64,000 nt of DNA, from NCBI GenBank assembly GCA_001784175.1, contig MFPR01000001.1, positions 1 to 64,000 on the forward strand, given 5' to 3'. The notes beneath the pieces are model-generated. The model did not search any database. It was not told the DNA's origin and saw only the letters and a program-made list of their open reading frames with translations. Numbering within the stretch: position 1 is the stretch's first letter; each line of letters starts with the position of its first letter. Positions 36,929 to 45,508 of this stretch are shown here, piece after piece. The translations under genes and the position numbers were made by a program. Source of the stretch: Candidatus Lindowbacteria bacterium RIFCSPLOWO2_12_FULL_62_27. GTDB lineage: Bacteria > Lindowbacteria > 2-12-FULL-62-27.

Positions 36929-37485
36929 ATGGGCGATCCTACGAATCCTGGCGGGATGAACTCCACCGATTTTTGAGCGGCGCCGAACGGGTGCTTGTGA
37001 TTCCGTACGAGGGCCCGGACCTGAATCCCCGGCGGTTCTGGCACCGGCTGGCCAAGCGGCATCCGGTGCGATTCTTCTTCCAGACCGCCGTCGTTGCGCT
37101 GACAACCTACCTGCCGGCCGGCGAATTCAAGAATTCCCTGTTGCGGCTGATCGGCATGAACATCGGCCGGGACGCGTTCATCGCCTCCGGCGTTTTATTT
37201 GATCTGGAGTTTCCGACCCTCGTCACGATCGGTCCCGGCGCGATCATCGGCACCATGACGAAGATCCTGACGCACGAGGTCACCGTGCGGTCCATCCGCG
37301 TCGGCCGGATCGACATCGGCCGGCAGGCGGTGATCGGCGTCGGCTGCGTGATTCGGTCGGGCGTGCGGATCGGCGACGGGGCCGTAGTTTCGATGCAGTC
37401 GTTTGTGCACAAGGACGTGGAGGCCGGCGTCTTCGCCGGCGGCAAGCCGGCGGAATTCATCAAGAAGCTCGACGGCCTGGTTTGA
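36925..37485 (+). CDS. Hexapeptide-repeat acyltransferase
   Basis: IG..A.I repeats, ILTHE, GKPA; GTG start overlaps the previous stop. Confidence 0.85.
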   Translation: MNGRSYESWRDELHRFLSGAERVLVIPYEGPDLNPRRFWHRLAKRHPVRFFFQTAVVALTTYLPAGEFKNSLLRLIGMNIGRDAFIASGVLFDLEFPTLVTIGPGAIIGTMTKILTHEVTVRSIRVGRIDIGRQAVIGVGCVIRSGVRIGDGAVVSMQSFVHKDVEAGVFAGGKPAEFIKKLDGLV

Positions 37486-38342
37486 CTCCGGGCCGCCGGC
37501 GCCTCTGCGTATTCGTCTGTCTTTGCGGCCTGACGCTGGGAGGATGCACGATGTTTGAAGGTCCGATCACATCCATGATTTTTTTTCCCGACCCGGTATT
37601 GGAATATGAGCCGAAAGACATTGGACTTTCGGCCGAGACGGTAACCTTGAACGTATCGCAGGGCGTCGACCTCTATTGCTGGTATATCCCGGCGTCGAAA
37701 AATCGTCCGGTCCTGCTCTACCTTCACGGCAACGCCGGCAACATTTCGCACCGGCTGTCCATCGCCAAAGGCTGGGCCGACCGCGGCTTTGGATGTTTTA
37801 TGCTCGACTATCGCGGCTACGGCCGCAGCAGCGGCCAGATCCACCATGAAAAGGATATGACCGACGACGCGCGGGCCGCCTACGGCTGGCTGCGGCAGGA
37901 GCGCGGGATTCCGGCGGAAAAAATCGTCTTGTACGGTGAATCGATCGGCTGCGCGCCCTCGATCGATCTTGCGCTCGCAGAGACCGCCGGCGCCCTCGTA
38001 CTCATGGCGCCGTTTACCACCCTGCCCGACATGGCGCGGGTCCATTACGGATTCCGCGCGCCCGGATTTCTCGTGAAGAATTTCATGTTCGACAACGAAT
38101 CGAAAATCGCCTCAGTGAAGTCGCCGATCTTTCTCATCCACGGCACCGCCGACGAAATCGTCCCCTTCGAAATGGGCCGGAAGATATTCGAGCGCTCCGC
38201 CTCCACGAAGGAGTCGTACTGGGTCGAAGGCGGCACGCACAACGACCTGCCCCAATCCGCCGGCGCCGCCTTTTGGGACCGCCCGGCGGACTTTTTAATT
38301 AGAACTCTGGGGCCGCATCTGCTAGAATCCGGCGCATTGTGA
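37482..38342 (+). CDS. Alpha/beta hydrolase, probable lipoprotein
   Basis: LGGC lipobox, HGNAGN, DYRGYG.S, GESIG, HGTADEIVP, HND. Confidence 0.9.
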   Translation: MTPGRRRLCVFVCLCGLTLGGCTMFEGPITSMIFFPDPVLEYEPKDIGLSAETVTLNVSQGVDLYCWYIPASKNRPVLLYLHGNAGNISHRLSIAKGWADRGFGCFMLDYRGYGRSSGQIHHEKDMTDDARAAYGWLRQERGIPAEKIVLYGESIGCAPSIDLALAETAGALVLMAPFTTLPDMARVHYGFRAPGFLVKNFMFDNESKIASVKSPIFLIHGTADEIVPFEMGRKIFERSASTKESYWVEGGTHNDLPQSAGAAFWDRPADFLIRTLGPHLLESGAL

Positions 38343-38388
38343 AACTGCGCTGAACATGAAATTCGACAAAGGATGAGGTGAAACGAGG

Positions 38389-40128
38389 ATGAAAAAATCG
38401 CTGGGAATCCTGCTGCTCCTGGTTGCGGTCCTTCTGGCCTACGCCGCATTTCGGCCGGTCCGCGCGCCCAAGGATGAAATCCTGCAGGGCGGAAAGAATA
38501 TGCGGCCCTACAACATACTGATTCTGACATCCGAAAGCTTCAACCTGCGGCATCTGGGCTGTTACGGCTATCCGAAACCGACGTCGCCGACGATCGACCA
38601 GTTGGCGAAGGAGGGCGTGCTGTTCACGCAGATGGTGAACGCGTCGGCCTGGACCAACGAGAGCCTCATCTCGCTCTTCACCTCGCTCGAATCCGGCATT
38701 CACAACGTGATCACGCGGTCGAGAAACATCGATCCGAAATGGTACACGCCGATCGAGATTCTGCGGGACCTCGGCTATGACGCGCCACGCCTGCAGGGCT
38801 TTCAGGGCGACCAGAATCACAGTTTTGTCGGGTTCGACGACGTCGAGTGGCGGAAGACCTTCGACTGGTTCGACATCAACTCCGGCAAAATCGAGCAGCC
38901 GTTTCTCATCTTCTGGCATTTTCTGCCCGCCCACCTTCCCTACGACGCCGGCGACACGTACGAAAAAATGTTTTTCCGAGAGGACATGATCCGGTCGGCC
39001 GCCAGCCGGGAGCGGATCGCGCGGGTGCGGAAGGACTCCGTCATTTTGAAGTCGTCCGTCACGTTCCAGCCCGAGGACTCGGCGGCGATCCATGCGCTCT
39101 ATGACGCCGAGATCCGCCGGTTCGACGATTTTGTCAAGGAGGCGATCGCGAAACTCAAGCGGGAGGGGCTGGACAAGAACACGATCGTCCTCATCGGCTG
39201 CGACCACGGCGAGGAGATTCTGGAGCACGGACATGTGGGCCACAGCTCGACCACCGGGGCCGGCCATATGTACGACGAGTTGATCCACGTGCCGTTTATC
39301 ATGTGGGCGCCCGGCATTCTGCCGGAGGGCAAGGTGATCTCCGCGCAGATGCGGACCATCGACGTCATGCCGACGCTGTTCGAGCTCGTCCACGTCCCCG
39401 TCCCATCCTATTTCCGGGGCCAGTCGATGCTGGGCGTCATCACCGGCCGGGAGGCGCCGGCGGACCGGCCCGCCTACGTGCAGACCTCCAAGTGGGGATT
39501 CGGCGAGCCCGACCCGTTCAACGTGAAGGACTACATCTATTGCGTCCGCACGCCGCGCTGGAAATTCGTCTCCTTCGTCTCGAACAAGGAGCCGGTGCGG
39601 GAAGAGTTGTTCAATCTGGAGGAGGACCCGTACGAGCAGAAGAACCTGATTGAACAGCACGTGAAGGAGGCCAATGAGTTTCGCGTCCAGCTGACGGCGC
39701 GGCTCATCGAATACACGAAAATCAAACCCCCCAAGATCGACGTCCCGGTCGCGCGGACGCCCGGGGAGAAGCTCCTGGACTTTTTCGGGCTCACGCGGGC
39801 GTACGATTTTTCCGGAGTTCCGCATCCGAAATGGATTCATCCGGCGGACAACCTGGCGTGGGCCTACGCGAAGACGAACGGCCAGATCCGGCTGGAATGG
39901 GAGGGCGTGAAGGGCTGCCCCTACGTGATCGAATATGAACTCGGGACCGGAGACTATCACCTGACCGGCGAGGTCAAGGTCGACGGCAACGTCAAGGATT
40001 TCGGCGAGTTCACGCCTCAGTACTGGAGCACGTACCTCGTCGTGCGAAATCCCTTCAAGCTGCGCGTGTCGCCGGACAAGACTCCGCGCGACTGGAGCGA
40101 GTGGGTCACGTTCCGGTTTGAACCGTAA
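38389..40128 (+). CDS. Sulfatase-like hydrolase/transferase (alkaline phosphatase superfamily)
   Basis: HLGCYGY...TSPTID.LA.EG, HLPY, YDAEI...D, DHGEE..EHG..GH, DVMPTL, ELFNL..DP.E..NL. Confidence 0.88.
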   Translation: MKKSLGILLLLVAVLLAYAAFRPVRAPKDEILQGGKNMRPYNILILTSESFNLRHLGCYGYPKPTSPTIDQLAKEGVLFTQMVNASAWTNESLISLFTSLESGIHNVITRSRNIDPKWYTPIEILRDLGYDAPRLQGFQGDQNHSFVGFDDVEWRKTFDWFDINSGKIEQPFLIFWHFLPAHLPYDAGDTYEKMFFREDMIRSAASRERIARVRKDSVILKSSVTFQPEDSAAIHALYDAEIRRFDDFVKEAIAKLKREGLDKNTIVLIGCDHGEEILEHGHVGHSSTTGAGHMYDELIHVPFIMWAPGILPEGKVISAQMRTIDVMPTLFELVHVPVPSYFRGQSMLGVITGREAPADRPAYVQTSKWGFGEPDPFNVKDYIYCVRTPRWKFVSFVSNKEPVREELFNLEEDPYEQKNLIEQHVKEANEFRVQLTARLIEYTKIKPPKIDVPVARTPGEKLLDFFGLTRAYDFSGVPHPKWIHPADNLAWAYAKTNGQIRLEWEGVKGCPYVIEYELGTGDYHLTGEVKVDGNVKDFGEFTPQYWSTYLVVRNPFKLRVSPDKTPRDWSEWVTFRFEP

Positions 40129-41356
40129 AGCCGCCGTTCTGTTTTTCTGCGCTGTAGCCGCCGCCTGCGCGCGACCCGCCCCCGTGTCCGACCGGCGGTC
40201 CACCGTGGAGCCCGGGATCGAGGTGTTGCTCGAACAGCCGCGCGTCACGCTCGGCGACCGGCGCGCGGGCCTGCTGACGCACGCCGCCGGGATCACGCGG
40301 GATCTTGTATCGAGCGTGGACGCGATGAAGGCGAAGCCGGAGATCCGGCTGACCGCGCTCTTTTCACCCGAACACGGCATTCGCGGATCGGCGGCGGCCG
40401 GCGAGCAGGTGCAGGGCGGGCGCGATCCCGCGACGGGCCTGCCGATTCATTCGCTGTATGGAAAAACAAAAAAACCGACGCCGGAGATGATGGCCGAGGT
40501 CGATGTCCTCATCGTCGACCTGCAGGACATCGGCTCGCGAAGTTACACGTACATCTCGACGCTCTATTACGCGCTGGAGGCCGCGGCGGAGCAGAAGAAG
40601 CGCGTGGTGGTCTGCGACCGGCCGAACCCGATGGGCGGGCTGGTGGTGGACGGTCCGGTGCTGGACCCGGCGTTCCGGTCGTTCATCGGCGTCGCCGCGA
40701 TTCCGGTCGTGCACGGCATGACGATCGGCGAGCTGGCCTGGCTGTTCAACGCGGAATTTCACATCGGCTGCGACCTTCAGGTGATCCCGATGCGTGGCTG
40801 GCGGCGGTCGATGCTGTTTCGGGAAACGGGACTCTTTTGGGTCCCGCCGTCGCCGCACATCCCGACGCCCGAAACGCCGCTCTTCTATCCCATCACCGGC
40901 CTCATCGGCGAGATGGGCACGCTCTCGGAGGGCGTGGGCACGCCGATGCCGTTTCACCTCGTCGGCGCGCCATGGATGGACGGTCGTGCGCTTCAGGCGG
41001 CCCTGCCGCCTCTCACCGGCGTCGCCTTCCGGCCGCTGACCGTCAAGCCGTTTTATTTCAGATACGTCGGCGCCGAGGTCCACGGAGTCCAGATTTACGT
41101 CACCGATCCGCGCAGGTACCGGCCGGTCGAAACGGCCGTACACCTGCTCGCGCAGGTCCGGCGGCTCTGGCCCGCCGAATTTCAATGGCATCCGGCCGGC
41201 AAGCCCGATCAGCTCAAGAACGTCGACTCGGCCTGGGGCACCGACCGGATCCGCGCCATGATCGCGGCCGGCCGCCCGGCGGAGGACGTCATCAAATCCT
41301 GGCAGTCTGACCTGAGAAGCTTTCGCCGCGTGCGGCAGAAGTATATAATGTACTGA
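40118..41356 (+). CDS. DUF1343 / exo-beta-N-acetylmuramidase NamZ family protein
   Basis: LFSPEHG.RG, SLYG, DLQDIGSRSYTY, DRPNP, HGMTIGELA, WVPPSPHIP, SEGVGT. Confidence 0.92.
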   Translation: MNRKAAVLFFCAVAAACARPAPVSDRRSTVEPGIEVLLEQPRVTLGDRRAGLLTHAAGITRDLVSSVDAMKAKPEIRLTALFSPEHGIRGSAAAGEQVQGGRDPATGLPIHSLYGKTKKPTPEMMAEVDVLIVDLQDIGSRSYTYISTLYYALEAAAEQKKRVVVCDRPNPMGGLVVDGPVLDPAFRSFIGVAAIPVVHGMTIGELAWLFNAEFHIGCDLQVIPMRGWRRSMLFRETGLFWVPPSPHIPTPETPLFYPITGLIGEMGTLSEGVGTPMPFHLVGAPWMDGRALQAALPPLTGVAFRPLTVKPFYFRYVGAEVHGVQIYVTDPRRYRPVETAVHLLAQVRRLWPAEFQWHPAGKPDQLKNVDSAWGTDRIRAMIAAGRPAEDVIKSWQSDLRSFRRVRQKYIMY

Positions 41357-41357
41357 T

Positions 41358-42680
41358 ATGCTGGATCAGGTCGAATATTACCGGGATCCGGCGGTGCGCA
41401 GGCGCATCGCGCAATTTGTCGAAGCGTCGAGCTACATCGTCGGCTACGGCGAATCGGAATTATGGCGCGGCAATACAAAGGGATTCTATGCGTCGCCCGT
41501 GTCCGGCCTCGGCCGGATGCTCGACCGCGGACTCGACATCCTCATCTGCCTTCAGCAGCGGCGCGCGACGCTCGGCATCACCGACATCGAGTATTACAAC
41601 CCGAGGTTTCCGGGCGAAGCGCACCTGAATCCGCAGCGGGTGTTCCGCCTGATCGAGCCGGTCTACGAATGCATCCAGACCGTCTACCGCCGGTATGGCA
41701 TCCCCGTCGTGGCCGTTTTCACCGGGCAAGGCTATCATTTCTGGTCGCAGTTCCCGTTCGGCCCGAAACACCGCCGGCTGGAGGAGCTGGGCCGGCTCGA
41801 GCCGACCGTGGCGCGCGCCTATGCGCGCAGGCGCATCCCGTCCGAAACGGCGCTCGGATTTTCCGGCATGGGCCGCTTGCATCTGTTCCTGGCGGGAGAA
41901 ATTCTCCGGGAAATTTCGACGGCGCGGCGCACCGGCCAACGGATGCTCCCGGTGTATTTCTCCGACGTCCATCCACCGTTCGGCCGGGAGGCGGTGTCGA
42001 TCGACCTCACGAGTTACGCGGATCCGGTTTACATGCGCGACGCGCGCGTTCCGTTTTCGTCCTATCAGAAGCACCGGGTTCTGACGGACAAGGTCGGCCG
42101 GAAGAACGCAGCGAAAATTCCCATCGAGATTTTGATCCCGCGCTCGGCGCCCGGCGGGCCGAGCCTCTCCGTCGAAACCTGCCTGCACCTCCGCCGCCAT
42201 TTCCGCCACGCCGCCGATCTGGCCGACCGGACGGACACGCGGCCTCCGGACGCGTCGGATGGCTGGCTGAACGTGATCGAGGCGTATCAGAAATCGAGGA
42301 TCGGCGCGTTCTTCCATTATTATGACGGCGGGCCGCGCCGCCCACCGAAGTTCTCGTACCGGAACCTCCCGCCGTGCATCCGCCACGCGCTGAATCCGTG
42401 GCAGCTCCTGGAGCCGACCCAGGCCCAAGCGGCGGTCCGGGTCCTGGACAAGATGGGTTTCCATCCAATGGAAATCGCCGAACTCTTCTACAGAAAATAC
42501 CGCCGCACGCCCTTCGGCCATTACAACCCCCAGCGCCGCGCGGCGTTCTGGGTCGAAAGCTACGCCGCCCTCATCCACGCCGGCCTCGACCCCAAACGCG
42601 ACCTCACCTGCAGGGATCACCAGAACCGCGACCGTTGCGTCAAGCCGAATTGCGGGTGGAATCTGGCGAAGTATCGGTAA
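41358..42680 (+). CDS. Hypothetical protein; candidate AEP-family primase fused to a PriL-like Fe-S domain
   Basis: TDIEY, FTGQGYH, SID, RVPFS motifs; C-terminal LPPC...C-x8-C-x4-C. Confidence 0.6.
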   Translation: MLDQVEYYRDPAVRRRIAQFVEASSYIVGYGESELWRGNTKGFYASPVSGLGRMLDRGLDILICLQQRRATLGITDIEYYNPRFPGEAHLNPQRVFRLIEPVYECIQTVYRRYGIPVVAVFTGQGYHFWSQFPFGPKHRRLEELGRLEPTVARAYARRRIPSETALGFSGMGRLHLFLAGEILREISTARRTGQRMLPVYFSDVHPPFGREAVSIDLTSYADPVYMRDARVPFSSYQKHRVLTDKVGRKNAAKIPIEILIPRSAPGGPSLSVETCLHLRRHFRHAADLADRTDTRPPDASDGWLNVIEAYQKSRIGAFFHYYDGGPRRPPKFSYRNLPPCIRHALNPWQLLEPTQAQAAVRVLDKMGFHPMEIAELFYRKYRRTPFGHYNPQRRAAFWVESYAALIHAGLDPKRDLTCRDHQNRDRCVKPNCGWNLAKYR

Positions 42681-42688
42681 GAAACGGG

Positions 42689-44083
42689 TCAAACCCAGCG
42701 GACGGAATCGTCCTCCAGTATTTTGACGATGCGCAGGTCGAGGCGCCCCGAGAGATCCAGCACGTGCTGTTCGGAGGCCATGAGGGGACGGCCGTTTTTG
42801 TCCTTGCGGAGCCGGACGACCGGGCGGAAGACGTTTTTGGGGTTGGTCGACACGACGACCGCGTGTTCTCCGGAGGACAAGAGGACGAGGTAGCCTTCGG
42901 GGAAAAATCCGACAAGCTGACAGAAGATTTCGACGATCGATCGGTCGTACAGATTTTGTTTGCCCATGAGCTGGCGCATGGCGTCATCCGGAAAGTGCGC
43001 GTCGCGGAAGGCGCGGTCGGCGGTGGAGGCGGCGTAGACGTCGCAGATTTGGACGATCCGCGCGGAGAGGTCGATGTCCTTGCCCTTGAGCCCCTGGGGA
43101 TAGCCGCTGCCGTCCAGCCGTTCATGGTGCTGGCCGGCGATCCGCGCCCAGAGTTCGCGCGTGCCGGGCGTGGCGAGGATCAACTTCCGGCTCTCCTCCG
43201 GATGGCGCCGGATCTGCGATTGTTCCTTCTGCCAGAGTTCCCTGTCCAAGACCCAGTACCGTTCCGGCATGGCGAGCATGCCGATGTCGGAGAGGAGTCC
43301 GCCCATGGCGGTGTCCTGAACTTCCTGGGACGAAAGTTCCATCTGAATGGCCAGATACATCGAAAAGACGCCGACATTGACCATGTGGGCCATGAGATAC
43401 TGACCGGCCGCCTGCGCGCGGGAGAGGAGGGTGGAGAGGCCCTGCCGGGAAAGGATTTCCATCGTGATATTTTTGGTGAGGATGTCGAGCGTATCCGGCG
43501 TCAATTTTTTTTCAAGGTAAATCTGTTCCGTGACGTCCCGCACCGCCGCGCTGAAGAGGTTGGCCGGATGAAACACGACGTCCTTGGTGAGCGGCTTGGG
43601 ATCGCCGAGGGCATCATCCATTTTCTTGTAAGTTTCGCCGTGTTTTTGCTCCAGCTTTTTCTTCCGGTCCGCCCGTTTTTCCTTCCAGTCCTTCCGCGTC
43701 TTGTCGAGCTGCTCCATCATGACGTCCCTGTGGGTGGGCGCCTCTTTGGGCGGGGTTTCCGCGGGCATGCGGTCCAGCACCACCGCGGGCCCGCCGGGAT
43801 CAATGGTCGACACGTCGACCTCGTCGATCATGGCGGTGACGTCCGTCGGCATCGCTTCAATTCTGTCGAGGGTTTTCTTCAACATTTCCGAGTCCGACTT
43901 CGCAAACTCCACGTCGGACACCTGGAGGGTCCGGATGCCCCGGCGTTTCAGAAAGTCAATGTGCGTTTCCTCGAGGAGCGTCCCGGACTTGAGGAGCGTC
44001 TGGCCGGCGGCCGACACGACCGGCCCGGCCAGTTTCATGCCGGGTTCGGCCAGTTCGATCTTGATGGTGCTCAGTTTCGCCAT
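42689..44083 (-). CDS. HD-GYP domain protein (HD motif degenerate)
   Basis: HHERLDGSGYPQGL, ARIVQICDVY; LLSDIG in place of LLHDIG. Confidence 0.88.
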   Translation of the reverse strand: MAKLSTIKIELAEPGMKLAGPVVSAAGQTLLKSGTLLEETHIDFLKRRGIRTLQVSDVEFAKSDSEMLKKTLDRIEAMPTDVTAMIDEVDVSTIDPGGPAVVLDRMPAETPPKEAPTHRDVMMEQLDKTRKDWKEKRADRKKKLEQKHGETYKKMDDALGDPKPLTKDVVFHPANLFSAAVRDVTEQIYLEKKLTPDTLDILTKNITMEILSRQGLSTLLSRAQAAGQYLMAHMVNVGVFSMYLAIQMELSSQEVQDTAMGGLLSDIGMLAMPERYWVLDRELWQKEQSQIRRHPEESRKLILATPGTRELWARIAGQHHERLDGSGYPQGLKGKDIDLSARIVQICDVYAASTADRAFRDAHFPDDAMRQLMGKQNLYDRSIVEIFCQLVGFFPEGYLVLLSSGEHAVVVSTNPKNVFRPVVRLRKDKNGRPLMASEQHVLDLSGRLDLRIVKILEDDSVRWV

Positions 44084-44089
44084 GACGCC

Positions 44090-45508
44090 CTACCGCCTCC
44101 AGATTTTCCGCTCGTAATAATCGAGCCCGGTCCGCTTCGCCGCGCGCCGGATCTGCCGTTCGGCCAGCCCGTTGGCCCTGCGGGTCAGCCGGCCCTCGTC
44201 GACCCGCGTGAGTTTCCCGCGCGCAACGACCACCTCGCCGTTGACGACGACGGTGTCGGCCACGTGCGAGTCGCCGGCGTACAGGAGCGCCGCGACCGGA
44301 TCATGCATCGCGCCCGCATAGCCGAGTTTGTCCATATCCCACAGGACCACGTCCGCCAGCCGGCCCTTCTCGATGCGCCCGGCGTCGTCGAATCCCAACA
44401 CGCGCGCCCCGCCCGACGTCGCCATCCGGAACACGCTCTCGGTCGTGATCGCCGACGCGCCGCCGAGGACCCGGTGCAGAAGCAGCGCGCTGCGGAGTTC
44501 CCCGAGCATGTCGGAGCTGTCGTTGGACGCCGAGCCGTCCACGCCAAGTCCGACCGGCACGCCGGCGGCGAGCATTTGCGGAACGGGCGCGATGCCCGAT
44601 CCGAGCCGCTGGTTGGACGCGGGGCAGTGCGCGACGCCGGTGCCGGTCTTCGCCATCCGCCGAATTTCCCGGCCGTTCAAAAAAACCGCATGCGCGAACC
44701 ACACGTCCGGACCCACCCACCCGACGCTTTCCATATATTCAAAGGGGCGCATCCGATGCGTTTTCAAGCAGAACGCCTCCTCATCCCTAGTTTCGGCAAG
44801 ATGCGTGTGTAACCGAACCCCTTTTTTCCGCGCAAAGTCCGCGGTCTGTTTGAGGAGGCCGCTCGTCACCGAGAAGGGAGAGCAGGGCGCCAAGCCGATC
44901 CGGCACATCGAATCGGGGGAAGGGTCGTGGTATTTCCCGATCACGCGCTCGCAGTCGGCCAGAATGTCCTCCTCGCGCTGAACCACATCGTCGGGCGGCA
45001 GGCCCCCCCGGGACCGCCCGCGGGACATGGAGCCGCGCGTGGCCAGAAACCGGATCCCGATTTGCCGCGCGGCGCGGATTTCCTCGTCCAAAAGTTCGCC
45101 GCCGGCCTTGCGGGGGAACACATAAAAATGGTCGGAGGTGGCCGTGCATCCGGTCAGGAGCAGTTCCCCCAGCCCCACGAGCGCCGAGGTGCGGACGATT
45201 TCGGGATCGACCTCGCGCCAGATTTCGTAGAGCGTGACGAGCCAGTCGAAGAGTTCGGCGTTCTGGACGTACGGGACATTGCGCTGAAATGTTTGATAGA
45301 GGTGATGATGGGTATTGACGAACCCCGGCGTCGCGACTTTCCCGGCGCCGTCGATCACGCGGCCGGGCGCGCGCGGCCGGAGCCGGCGGCCGACGCCGGC
45401 GATCCGGTGGCCCTCGATGTAAATGTCGGCGCCGGGGAGTTCCGTGAAACGGTCGTCGAAGGTGGCGACGAGGCGGCAATTCTTAATGAGCAGCGTATTC
45501 CGCCTCAT
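44090..45508 (-). CDS. 8-oxoguanine deaminase-like amidohydrolase (AtzB family)
   Basis: PGFVNTHHHLYQ, APCSPFSV, HTHLAET, HCPASN.RLGSG, GVDGSASND. Confidence 0.9.
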   Translation of the reverse strand: MRRNTLLIKNCRLVATFDDRFTELPGADIYIEGHRIAGVGRRLRPRAPGRVIDGAGKVATPGFVNTHHHLYQTFQRNVPYVQNAELFDWLVTLYEIWREVDPEIVRTSALVGLGELLLTGCTATSDHFYVFPRKAGGELLDEEIRAARQIGIRFLATRGSMSRGRSRGGLPPDDVVQREEDILADCERVIGKYHDPSPDSMCRIGLAPCSPFSVTSGLLKQTADFARKKGVRLHTHLAETRDEEAFCLKTHRMRPFEYMESVGWVGPDVWFAHAVFLNGREIRRMAKTGTGVAHCPASNQRLGSGIAPVPQMLAAGVPVGLGVDGSASNDSSDMLGELRSALLLHRVLGGASAITTESVFRMATSGGARVLGFDDAGRIEKGRLADVVLWDMDKLGYAGAMHDPVAALLYAGDSHVADTVVVNGEVVVARGKLTRVDEGRLTRRANGLAERQIRRAAKRTGLDYYERKIWRR

